Source: Candidatus Kapaibacterium sp. (GTDB taxonomy: Bacteria > Bacteroidota > Ignavibacteria > Palsa-1295). Taken from it: a stretch of DNA of 64,000 bases. Of the stretch, positions 28,882-40,627 are shown one piece after another. The stretch is from the NCBI GenBank assembly GCA_035632315.1, contig DASQGZ010000048.1, forward strand, positions 64,740 through 128,739, given 5' to 3'. Below the pieces are notes generated by a model. That model was not told the DNA's origin, did not search any database, and was given only the letters and a program-made list of their open reading frames with translations. Numbering within the stretch: the stretch's first letter is position 1; the number at the start of each line of letters is the position of its first letter. A program made the translations under genes and the position numbers.

Positions 28882-28903
28882 CTGGTGATTAAAAATCACC
28901 AGT
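28882..28903. promoter_or_regulatory. Perfect palindrome CTGGTGATT-aaaa-AATCACCAG ~130 nt upstream of the PD-(D/E)xK gene. It is a candidate operator.
   Basis: 9-bp arms. This is the only such site in the window. Confidence 0.3.
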
Positions 28904-28976
28904 TAATATATGTTGCTCCGAAGTGACGACATATAACTTATTGTTCACTATTTATCACATTTAACAATTTACACCT

Positions 28977-29147
28977 ATGAAAACCCAATACATGAATAAC
29001 GTCCCGTTTCTTCCGGGAGAATTAACCATTGTGACATCCGATCATGCCGAGCTGGCGATGCAGCATTCGGCGCGGCTTGCCGATTCGTTTCGCAGGGCGC
29101 GGCTGAACGGGAATAATAGGGGTGAAAACACTGTTTTATCAATGTGA
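28977..29147 (+). pseudogene. 5' fragment (49 codons plus RBS) of a paralog of gene 29696-30400. It forms direct repeat 1 (28975-29109).
   Basis: ~95% nucleotide identity to 29694-29828. The reading frame is open for 49 codons and then diverges and stops. Confidence 0.6.
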
Positions 29148-29320
29148 AAAAACTCACAATCGAAACCAATACCCACCTCAACGACCGCGATAAGCGGCGG
29201 GCTGCTATTGTGCATTCGGTCATTGCGTCGTCCCGGATCGAAGGGATATTGTTGACCAAAGCGCAGGAAGAAGCCATTGCCCGTCGGGTTGACAAGCGTC
29301 TTAAAAAAGACTCCGAATGA
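29144..29320 (+). CDS. VbhA/YhfG-like Fic-antitoxin remnant (58 codons, GTG start)
   Basis: Contains SSRIEGI, matching the (S/T)xxxE(G/N) Fic-inhibitory motif. It is convergent with, and overlaps, the Fic fragment. Confidence 0.4.
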   Translation: MKKLTIETNTHLNDRDKRRAAIVHSVIASSRIEGILLTKAQEEAIARRVDKRLKKDSE

Positions 29321-29600
29321 TCCGTTTCATCGGTTCATAGTTTTCATCGGCGGCCGCCTGGACCGCTGCAACATATTCGTCAAATCGTTCTTCTGTGATC
29401 TTCTCGAAGTGCAGTAATTCGAACCCCTGCTGAACAGCCATTGCATTTGCCAGAATTCGCATCACGCGACCGTTGCCTTCGCGGAACGGATGGATGAATA
29501 ACAACTCGGCATGGACGACGGCGATCGCATCTATCAATGCGTCACGACCCGGATACAGCAGCGGCAATTGTTTTAGAATATCCGTTTCGAATTTCTGCAT
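29301..29600 (-). pseudogene. N-terminally truncated Fic (filamentation induced by cAMP) domain protein
   Basis: HPFREGNGRVMR is the canonical Fic motif. At 99 aa it lacks the N-terminal helices. Confidence 0.6.
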
Positions 29601-29650
29601 TGTCAGCGGCAGGTACTTTCAGGTAAGAGCGTAATCAACCACCCCAACCC

Positions 29651-29680
29651 CGCCTTGAAAAGGCGAGACAGATTTTTTTT
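29651..29680 (+). terminator. Hairpin CGCCTT-gaaa-AGGCG followed by a T8 run
   Basis: Seen directly in the sequence. Confidence 0.45.
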
Positions 29681-29695
29681 AATCTATCAACATCT

Positions 29696-30400
29696 ATGAA
29701 AACCCAATATATGAATAACGTCCCGTTTCTTCCGGGAGAATTAACCATTGTGACATCCGATCATGCCGAGGCGACGATGCAGCACTCGGCGCGGCTTGCC
29801 GATTCGTTTCGCAAGGCGCGGCTGAACGTCCTTGTCATTAATTGCGGGATGAACGAGCGCCGCTTCCGCCAGCATTATCACGATACGTACGGCTCCGGTA
29901 TCGATACAACACCGACGGTGATCCTGAAGACATCGCTTTTAGGAAATGTCGCCGGCGACCGCGAAGGGATCGATCAGATCGTGCGCGAAGCGAAGATCGG
30001 CGTCGTGATCCTTGCCGGCTGGGAATTTGCATCGGGAACGCGCCGCCGCCGCAACAAATTATTCTTTTACCTTCGCGAGCTCATGGCCGAACGCGATATT
30101 GCCGTCATCGTGTATTCGCAAACGATGAATAATCCTGTTGCCGGAAAAATGGGCGCACTCGGAAAGCTTGCCGCCGCGGCAATGGAAGTGGTGAAGATCG
30201 ATTCGTCGAAAGTGCTGGAAGCGGTCGTGAAAAAGCCGCCCGTGATCGCGTGGGAATCGGCAGATGAGATGCATACCATTGAACAGGGGGTACAGCGATT
30301 AGTCAGGAATATCAATGAGTTAGCAGACCATCAGTGCACATCGGATGAAGATGCACGGCAAATAGAGAATGACGATGGAGACTACGGCGTGGCGGTGTGA
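29696..30400 (+). CDS. Hypothetical protein. The beta-strand pattern suggests a RecA-like fold without a Walker A motif.
   Basis: 234 aa. Its first 49 codons are duplicated upstream at 28977. Confidence 0.35.
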   Translation: MKTQYMNNVPFLPGELTIVTSDHAEATMQHSARLADSFRKARLNVLVINCGMNERRFRQHYHDTYGSGIDTTPTVILKTSLLGNVAGDREGIDQIVREAKIGVVILAGWEFASGTRRRRNKLFFYLRELMAERDIAVIVYSQTMNNPVAGKMGALGKLAAAAMEVVKIDSSKVLEAVVKKPPVIAWESADEMHTIEQGVQRLVRNINELADHQCTSDEDARQIENDDGDYGVAV

Positions 30401-30442
30401 AAAAGCCGATGTACGAATTTCCGTTGCCGAAGGGCCAGGGAT

Positions 30443-31069
30443 ATGTATATTTGCAAGAAGGATATAATTATGATACTACCTAAACTGTTACTTTCACTGA
30501 TCATCTCGGTTTCTATTTATAGTTTTTTCCCTCAGGGCGACGATCTGAATCTCGGATTTGAGCGAGTTGGTTACAAAGCCAAACCCATTGGCTGGTATGC
30601 CGGAGGAGGAGGAGGAAAGAAAGATGACCTTGACGGTTATCTCGGAGAGTGCGATTCGACGACAGTTCACTCGGGAAAATATTCTTTGCACTTGAAATAT
30701 CTCAAAGGTGACGGCTTCGGAGTCGGAACGAAAACACTCGACATCGCCCCACTCAGAGGCAAAACCATTCGCTTCAGCGGCTGGATCAAAACCCACAACG
30801 TCGGCGGGAAGAAAGATCACAATTTCGACGGGTACGCAGGTTTGTGGTGGAGAGTAGATGGGCCGGATCACAAGACGTTAGCCTTCAATAATATGCAAGA
30901 TAGCTTGGTCAACGGTACCCGTGATTGGCAGAGATATTCATTTGAATTACCGGTGGGAGAAACCGCTACGAATATAGATTTCGGAGTTCAAATGGCAGGG
31001 AAAGGCGAAGCATGGTTCGATGATCTGTCCATCGATACCAACGGGGTCCATTATTTAGGTTGGAAATAA
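30443..31069 (+). CDS. Hypothetical secreted protein
   Basis: Signal peptide and a G-rich linker. No catalytic motifs. Confidence 0.4.
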   Translation: MYICKKDIIMILPKLLLSLIISVSIYSFFPQGDDLNLGFERVGYKAKPIGWYAGGGGGKKDDLDGYLGECDSTTVHSGKYSLHLKYLKGDGFGVGTKTLDIAPLRGKTIRFSGWIKTHNVGGKKDHNFDGYAGLWWRVDGPDHKTLAFNNMQDSLVNGTRDWQRYSFELPVGETATNIDFGVQMAGKGEAWFDDLSIDTNGVHYLGWK

Positions 31070-31074
31070 AAAAA

Positions 31075-31106
31075 CCCTCGAACGCAAGAGCGATCGAGGG
31101 TTAACA
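31075..31106 (-). terminator. rRNA operon terminator (CCCTCGA...TCGAGGG hairpin followed by U-run on the minus strand)
   Basis: Sits immediately 3' of the 5S gene. Confidence 0.5.
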
Positions 31107-31111
31107 TACAA

Positions 31112-31228
31112 CCCCTGGCGACGACCTACTTTCCCAAGCCTGACTGGCTAAGTATCATCGGCTTACAAGGGCTTAACTGCTCTGTTCGGAATGGGAAGAG
31201 GTGTAGCCCCTTGGATATAGTCGCCAAA
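31112..31228 (-). rRNA. rrf: 5S ribosomal RNA
   Basis: Minus-strand sequence CCATTCCGAACAGAG...GTTAAGC...GGGAAAGTAGGTCGTCGCCAGGGG has the canonical 5S helices. Confidence 0.85.
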
Positions 31229-31439
31229 AGGAAACTTTATGAGTGGTCAGTGATCAGTGGCCGGTGGTCAGCTGATCAAAGACAGCGAACGGTGTGAATT
31301 GCGAATGATACGAGTATCGAACTATTGAATCTACATTCAATAAGTCTAAATTGTGACGAACACTATACCAAACACTATAGTAATGCGGTAGTAAGGTGTT
31401 TTGCGCGAGAATGTCGCACAAACTATCTCTACTACGAAA

Positions 31440-34425
<2,986 letters not shown>

Positions 34426-34985
34426 CATAATACAGATAGCAGTTGCAGCATCCTCTGAATCCCACATAATATAGTTGCCTACATTATATGACAAACGCAA
34501 GAACGCCTTACTACCTTTGATGCATTACTACAGTGTTCGATACCGAAGGCTCGTTGAGGCATATCTAAGTCGTTGAAAATCAACGATCTAAATTTACACA
34601 TAACAAATCCTTCGTTACTTTAGAATTTGGGGATTGACTGACATTCTCTCTGATTGCTCGTTGAGATAGCCAATCAACCTTATTATGCTCGATACTTGCG
34701 GTCACAGTCACTTTTATTTGCATAAAAATGGCTGCTCCCATTTACTTATACTTAAGTCGTCTCATTCGCGGTCTTCACGTCTCCAATGGGCTTTCGCTTA
34801 CCTGAAAACGATCAGATTTCACACCGCTTCGCTTGTCAAAGAACTTCCCCTTTTGTCAAGGGAGCGGTAAAACGCCAACTCACTCCCGTGAAGTTCCAAA
34901 TTGCCGGAATATTTCTGAAAAAAGATTGTAACCTTCTAAAATTTTAAGTGTCTTTTGGTAGGAAGAATGAACTAAAGAACTACTA

Positions 34986-37061
34986 ATGGCACGCTTTCTA
35001 TTCATAATACTTTTTTCTTTCACCATCACCAGTCCGTGTTACGCCCAATGGTTACAATCTAGCGGACCAGCAGGTTCAGGAGTTTCAGACTTTTCTATAT
35101 TGGGTAATAAATTATTTTCAGCCTCCTTTGATGGAATATATGCTTCTACCGATTACGGAAAGACATGGGAATACAGTAATTTTACACAGCCAGTCAGTTC
35201 ACTTTGTGTAATCGGAAACAAGATCCTCGCAATGAACAACTATCAGGATCATGGACTCTATCAATCAGATGATTCAGGCATTAGTTGGCATCAATTATTC
35301 CCCAATACATGGGTTGGACAAGCACGAACAGATAATACTCGCTTATTCGCCCTTACGAGCGACGGAATATTCATGTCAGAGGACAGTGGGAAAATTTGGA
35401 TTCAAATCGACTCTCAGATCAATGGTAATGTGTTCCGGGGGCAATTAGACCTCGTAGGCAATGGCGTCTTGTACAGGGATGACTATGGAATTACTGTTTA
35501 CAGAACTACTGACCTCGGGAGAACCTGGCAACGCTTTGACAGTACGGGGTTTAATATTTCTCAGAAGATTGTCGTCGTTGATGATACTACTGCTTTTGCA
35601 GAAATAAATACAAACTCTGGTGCCGCTTTGATTCAATCGAAAGACGGAATTCACTGGAGTATCGTTGATTCGACAAACATACTCAATATTTCCAGTTTAA
35701 ATACAGGTATCAGAATCGGTAATTCAATCATGTTGGGTGGTTGGAATGGTTTGCTTATCTCAATGAACGATGGAAAAAGTTGGAGTCATTATACGAATTT
35801 AGGAGAACAACAAATTGATGTTGCGGTCCTCAAAGTCTCGGGTGAAATGGTTTTCGCAGGGTGTAGAAAAGGGGTTTATATCAGTAACGATACCGGACTA
35901 ACATGGACAGCAATGCAACAAGACATTGGGGATAGGTCATTGACTGCGATCGGATCGAGTAGTAGTCTTATCCTCGCCGGTGGAGTAAATGGAAGGCTCT
36001 TTGAAACAACTGATAATGGACTTCATTGGAACACAGTATCCTCTTTTGACTCTGTCCGTCGAATCAATGAGATCCAGTTTGTCGGTACAAATGCATTCGT
36101 ATGCTCGACATCAGGCTTTTATAAGTCAATTGACAATGGAGATAACTGGTCACTCCTTACAGGTTCAATACCTGATTCTAACGTGACCTGTTTCTTATTC
36201 GCGGGTAGCAGAATGTACATCGGCACATGGAATGGGATATTCCGTTCAACTGATTTCGGCAAATCATGGCAAGAAGTAAATAATGGCCTTGCAAATTTGT
36301 ATGCTCTATCACTATGCTCGAATGATCAATATCTTTTTGCCGGAACGGCAAACGGCATTTTCCGTAGCGAAGACTTCGGTGATCATTGGGTTCGGAAAAG
36401 TGACGGACTTAGTAGTGTTGATGTTCAAAATTTCAGTACCGACCCACCGTACATATTTGCCGGCACAACGAATACAATATGCCGTTCGAGTGATAATGGA
36501 GAGCATTGGCAATCTCTGGATTCCCCATCTGTCGATATAATGGCAATGAAAACCATCAATAATGTTATCATAGCATCAACAGGTTTGCCAGTTGAAGTAT
36601 ATGCATCTACCAATCATGGGGATAGCTGGAAAATTATTTCCGACGGAATAGATAAAGATTGGATTCAAGGCACATATCCGAAAATTACCTCTTTCGCGAA
36701 CGACGGTCAATTCATTTATGCTGCAAGTGACGGGCAGGGGGTGTGGAAAAGGAAAATTGATGAAAAAATAACAGCAGATGTCCGACAACCGATAAGTATA
36801 CCAAGCTCAACAATCTCATCTTTTCCCAATCCATGTAATGATGAAAGTACTATTCGATTTACTCTTTCAAATCCCTCAATTGCATCGGTGGTACTAACCG
36901 ATATCCTTGGCAAACAGGTTACTCTTGTACGGAACACATCCTATAATGCGGGCACTTATGATCTCCCAATTAATTTGACCGGATATTCCAGCGGAATCTA
37001 TTCCTGCAAAGTTATTACCCGAGATGGTATGCAAGAAATTAAGATTGTAAAAGCAAAATAG
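34986..37061 (+). CDS. T9SS-secreted BNR/Asp-box repeat (beta-propeller) protein
   Basis: Signal peptide, at least 12 SxDxGxTW repeats and a C-terminal T9SS sorting domain. Confidence 0.75.
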   Translation: MARFLFIILFSFTITSPCYAQWLQSSGPAGSGVSDFSILGNKLFSASFDGIYASTDYGKTWEYSNFTQPVSSLCVIGNKILAMNNYQDHGLYQSDDSGISWHQLFPNTWVGQARTDNTRLFALTSDGIFMSEDSGKIWIQIDSQINGNVFRGQLDLVGNGVLYRDDYGITVYRTTDLGRTWQRFDSTGFNISQKIVVVDDTTAFAEINTNSGAALIQSKDGIHWSIVDSTNILNISSLNTGIRIGNSIMLGGWNGLLISMNDGKSWSHYTNLGEQQIDVAVLKVSGEMVFAGCRKGVYISNDTGLTWTAMQQDIGDRSLTAIGSSSSLILAGGVNGRLFETTDNGLHWNTVSSFDSVRRINEIQFVGTNAFVCSTSGFYKSIDNGDNWSLLTGSIPDSNVTCFLFAGSRMYIGTWNGIFRSTDFGKSWQEVNNGLANLYALSLCSNDQYLFAGTANGIFRSEDFGDHWVRKSDGLSSVDVQNFSTDPPYIFAGTTNTICRSSDNGEHWQSLDSPSVDIMAMKTINNVIIASTGLPVEVYASTNHGDSWKIISDGIDKDWIQGTYPKITSFANDGQFIYAASDGQGVWKRKIDEKITADVRQPISIPSSTISSFPNPCNDESTIRFTLSNPSIASVVLTDILGKQVTLVRNTSYNAGTYDLPINLTGYSSGIYSCKVITRDGMQEIKIVKAK

Positions 37062-37064
37062 TAT

Positions 37065-38279
37065 TCAATCATACCGCAACGCTTCGATCGGATCAAGCGC
37101 AGAGGCTTTCTTCGCAGGGTAGAATCCGAAGAAAAGCCCGACTGATGTTGCCGCAAGAAATGACAGAAGCATCGCCTGCGTTGAGATGATCAGAATCCAA
37201 CCGTTATTTTTTGAAATGAGATAGCTCGCGCCGACGCCGACAAGCACGCCGATAATTCCGCCGACGAGACTCAGCGTCAAGGCTTCAACAAGAAATTGCG
37301 TTAGGATCACTCGCGGCTTTGCACCGATGGATTTACGAATGCCGATCTCGTGTGTGCGTTCGGTCACGCTGACAAGCATAATGTTCATAATGCCAATACC
37401 GCCGACGAGCAAAGAAATAATTGCAGCGCTTGTTAATAACTGTGTCAGTGTACCTGAACTCGCAGCTGCTGCTTGTGCGAGCTCAACCTGCGAACGGACA
37501 CGAAAATCATCGCCTTTGCCGGTGAGGCGGTGCTGATCGCGGAGAATGTTCGTGACATCGGCAATCGCTACATCGGTCATATCGCTTGAGAATGTGGTTA
37601 CAAAGATATCCTCGAGCCACGTCGTGCCCATGATACGTTTTTGCACGGTTGTTGTCGGACCGACGATGAAATCGTCCTGATCGAAGCCATTCGAGTTAAA
37701 TCCTTTCGGCTGCAGCACACCGAGAACGATCATCGGGACAGGCCCGACACGAATTTCCTGACCGATCGCATTTTCGGCGCTGCCGTATAATTGTTCTGCG
37801 ACAGTGTTGCCGAGATCACACACTTTCCGATCGCTTGCAACATCCTGGTCGGTAAAAATCGAACCGACAGCGATCTTGTAATTACGAATATCCAGACAGT
37901 TTGGTGTCGTCCCGAGGACGCGGGTATTCCAATTCATATTCGATCCGATGACCTGCACCCGTGAATCAACTGACGGTTCGACCGCCGAAAGAAAAATTGA
38001 CCGACGGAGCGCTTCGACATCTTTTTCGGTGAGATTGATATTTGCTGTTGAGACTACGCCGTTTCGTTGGCTCGGAGCCGGATCTATCTGAAGCAAATTG
38101 GTACCCATCGACTGTATCCTGTTCGCAATGTCATTCGCAGCTCCTTCGCCGATCGCCGTCAGTGCGATCACCGATGCAACTCCGATGATAATTCCCAGCA
38201 TTGTTAAAAGCGCTCGCGTCTTGTTCGACGCCAGCGCCGCGAATGCCATATCAATACTTGAGAGTAGTTGGGTTACCAT
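37065..38279 (-). CDS. ABC transporter permease, FtsX/MacB-like
   Basis: MacB periplasmic core plus a C-terminal FtsX 4-TM domain. Confidence 0.8.
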   Translation of the reverse strand: MVTQLLSSIDMAFAALASNKTRALLTMLGIIIGVASVIALTAIGEGAANDIANRIQSMGTNLLQIDPAPSQRNGVVSTANINLTEKDVEALRRSIFLSAVEPSVDSRVQVIGSNMNWNTRVLGTTPNCLDIRNYKIAVGSIFTDQDVASDRKVCDLGNTVAEQLYGSAENAIGQEIRVGPVPMIVLGVLQPKGFNSNGFDQDDFIVGPTTTVQKRIMGTTWLEDIFVTTFSSDMTDVAIADVTNILRDQHRLTGKGDDFRVRSQVELAQAAAASSGTLTQLLTSAAIISLLVGGIGIMNIMLVSVTERTHEIGIRKSIGAKPRVILTQFLVEALTLSLVGGIIGVLVGVGASYLISKNNGWILIISTQAMLLSFLAATSVGLFFGFYPAKKASALDPIEALRYD

Positions 38280-38593
38280 ATATGTAATATAACACCATAC
38301 ATATGGGAATATTTTTCAATTGTTTTTGATATTCATCCTAATATATAAAGATAGTCGCATAACGAATTGAACTCCAGTTCAGAGCCGCTTCTCAAATGTG
38401 AGATCAAAACAAGAGCTTATTTATAGTGTCAAAAAATGCAAAAAAGTGGAATTTTCCTGCTTATTTGTGGTTTTCACCAAAAGCATATTGTTTTGTCGCG
38501 GAGTGCGAAAGCCGTAAAATGAAAGAATTTTCATAATTTTCGTCGTTACTCACTCCACATCACAGCGTATGTCACTGTGTGTACATTTAAATC

Positions 38594-40516
38594 TTGTCGA
38601 TGATGAATATTAAGCGACTGGCAACTACCATTCCTATTACCTTAATTGTCTTCTTCCTTCTCGTGCCAAATTCCAAGGCGCAAACAACGGCGCCGGCTGA
38701 TAATACAAAATCTGATATTACCTACCCACACCGGCTGACATTCGGCCTCGGAGCAGGTATCAATATGAACTTCGCGAAAGGTACCTATACCGATCAGGCG
38801 AATTCATATTCGAGCGGCTTTGGTGCGGCGCCGACCTTTTTTGCGCTGCTCGAAATACCGCTCGCCGATAAATGGATGCTTGTGCCGCGTGTCCATTACA
38901 GCGATTACAGCGGAAGCTTCACCGATGGAACCCCTGCCGGCAATGCCATCCAAGTAAAGAACTTCGCATATAATGTGCAAACGATCGGGCTTGATATTCT
39001 CGGTAAGTATGCAGTGCTCGATAATTTCCATATTCTCTTTGGCCCGTCGATCGCGACGATGATCAAGAAAAGCTTTGCTCACGGCACATCGAGCGACGCG
39101 AGTTCTTCGAGTACCGACCTGCCGGGAACAGGAAGCGTCTATGCGGCGATCGGCGCAGGAATTGGGTACGATATTCCGATCAATTCAAAGCATACGGTCT
39201 GGCTCTCGCCGGAATTGTTCTATAGTTTTCCGCTGACGAATCTCGGCGGCTCGAACGGCGATCTGAAGATCTCGACGCTTCGCGCGGCTCTGTCAGTGAA
39301 GTTCGATATCGGGCCAGACGAAAAACCTGCTGAGGCGCAGCCTGCCGCACCGCAGATCAGCGTAAGTGCAAAAGGCGTTCTGCCAAACGGCGACCCGTCA
39401 CAGGATCTGACCGTCGGCGAACAAGTAACGCGAACCCGCACTTCGATGCCGATGCTTCCGTATATTTTCTTTGATTATAACAGCGCAGAGATTCCGACAC
39501 GATACGTTCGCAACAATTCCACCGGATACAGCACCGATATGCTCGAAGGCAAAGATGCACTCGAAGCAAATCACAATGGCCTTGATGTTCTCGGTGCAAG
39601 AATGCGTCAGTATCCTGATGCAACAGTAACACTGACCGGCACGAATTCCAACAGCGGCAAAGAACGGAACAATATCGAACTTTCCCGCTTGCGTGCGATG
39701 GCCGTTCGCGATTATCTTGTCAAGCAATGGAATATCGATCCGAAGCGCATCATCGTCGACGAGCGAAACTTACCGGAGCTTCCGACGAATCCGGTCACGA
39801 AAGCCGGTATGGAAGAAAATCGCCGCGTCGAAATTTCTTCGAGCGATACTCGCATGACAGAACCTATAAAGATCGAAAAGAAAAATTCGCAAAACATCGG
39901 CGAAACGCTTGCCCGATTTGAAACATCGGTCACAGCAGACCCGCGTATCAATATCGTTCGCTGGGATGTCACTGCCGATGAGAACGGTACGCCGCTCGCC
40001 GCAGACAGCGGCAAAGGCACACCGCCTCACGTGCTCACCGTGAAAATTCCGAACGCATCGAATTACGTCGGTCAGCCGGTGCATTATCAGATGAACATTT
40101 ACGATGCCGACGGAAAGAAATACAGCGCTGACGGAATGACCCGCATTTCGAGCAAACCGGTTGAGAGTGCGAAGCTCGAAAAATATGCGATGCTCTCGTT
40201 CGATTTCAATCTTTCGGATATTAATCCTCGTGCCCAGCAGATGATAGGGCTGATCGGCGAAAGTATTTCGCGTGATGCGACGGCAGTGAATGTTACCGGC
40301 TTCTGCGATAATACCGGGGCCGACGATTATAATCAGGCGCTCTCCGAAGCGCGTGCCGATGCCGCTCGTAAAAATTTGCAAACACTGACGAGAATGCCGG
40401 CAAACACGAACGTCATCGGAATGGGAAAGCGTGCTCCGAAATTTACAAACGATCTGCCCGAAGGCAGAATGCTCAATCGCCGTGTCGAAGTAGATATTCA
40501 AAAGTCGAGTAAATAA
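38594..40516 (+). CDS. OmpA-family outer membrane protein (beta-barrel plus two OmpA-like peptidoglycan-binding domains)
   Basis: Signal peptide, N-terminal barrel strands and two NxxLSxxRA OmpA-C motifs. Confidence 0.8.
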   Translation: MSMMNIKRLATTIPITLIVFFLLVPNSKAQTTAPADNTKSDITYPHRLTFGLGAGINMNFAKGTYTDQANSYSSGFGAAPTFFALLEIPLADKWMLVPRVHYSDYSGSFTDGTPAGNAIQVKNFAYNVQTIGLDILGKYAVLDNFHILFGPSIATMIKKSFAHGTSSDASSSSTDLPGTGSVYAAIGAGIGYDIPINSKHTVWLSPELFYSFPLTNLGGSNGDLKISTLRAALSVKFDIGPDEKPAEAQPAAPQISVSAKGVLPNGDPSQDLTVGEQVTRTRTSMPMLPYIFFDYNSAEIPTRYVRNNSTGYSTDMLEGKDALEANHNGLDVLGARMRQYPDATVTLTGTNSNSGKERNNIELSRLRAMAVRDYLVKQWNIDPKRIIVDERNLPELPTNPVTKAGMEENRRVEISSSDTRMTEPIKIEKKNSQNIGETLARFETSVTADPRINIVRWDVTADENGTPLAADSGKGTPPHVLTVKIPNASNYVGQPVHYQMNIYDADGKKYSADGMTRISSKPVESAKLEKYAMLSFDFNLSDINPRAQQMIGLIGESISRDATAVNVTGFCDNTGADDYNQALSEARADAARKNLQTLTRMPANTNVIGMGKRAPKFTNDLPEGRMLNRRVEVDIQKSSK

Positions 40517-40562
40517 GTTTACGAGTCGGGCCAACGAGGCAAGATTCGTTTCATTGGTGAAT

Positions 40563-40602
40563 GGGTCGGGGTAAGCAATGCGCTTCCCCGACCTTTTCAT
40601 TT
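40563..40602 (+). terminator. Rho-independent terminator after ompA-like gene
   Basis: GGGTCGGGG...CCCCGACC followed by TTTTCATTT. Confidence 0.5.
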
Positions 40603-40627
40603 GACCGTGATTCTCGGGATGTAAAGG

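Noticed and set aside
28975-29295. 106-aa minus-strand ORF spanning the direct-repeat and VbhA-like region
   Set aside because: The region is better explained by the plus-strand 5' gene-fragment duplicate and the small antitoxin-like ORF. The minus-frame protein is low-complexity.
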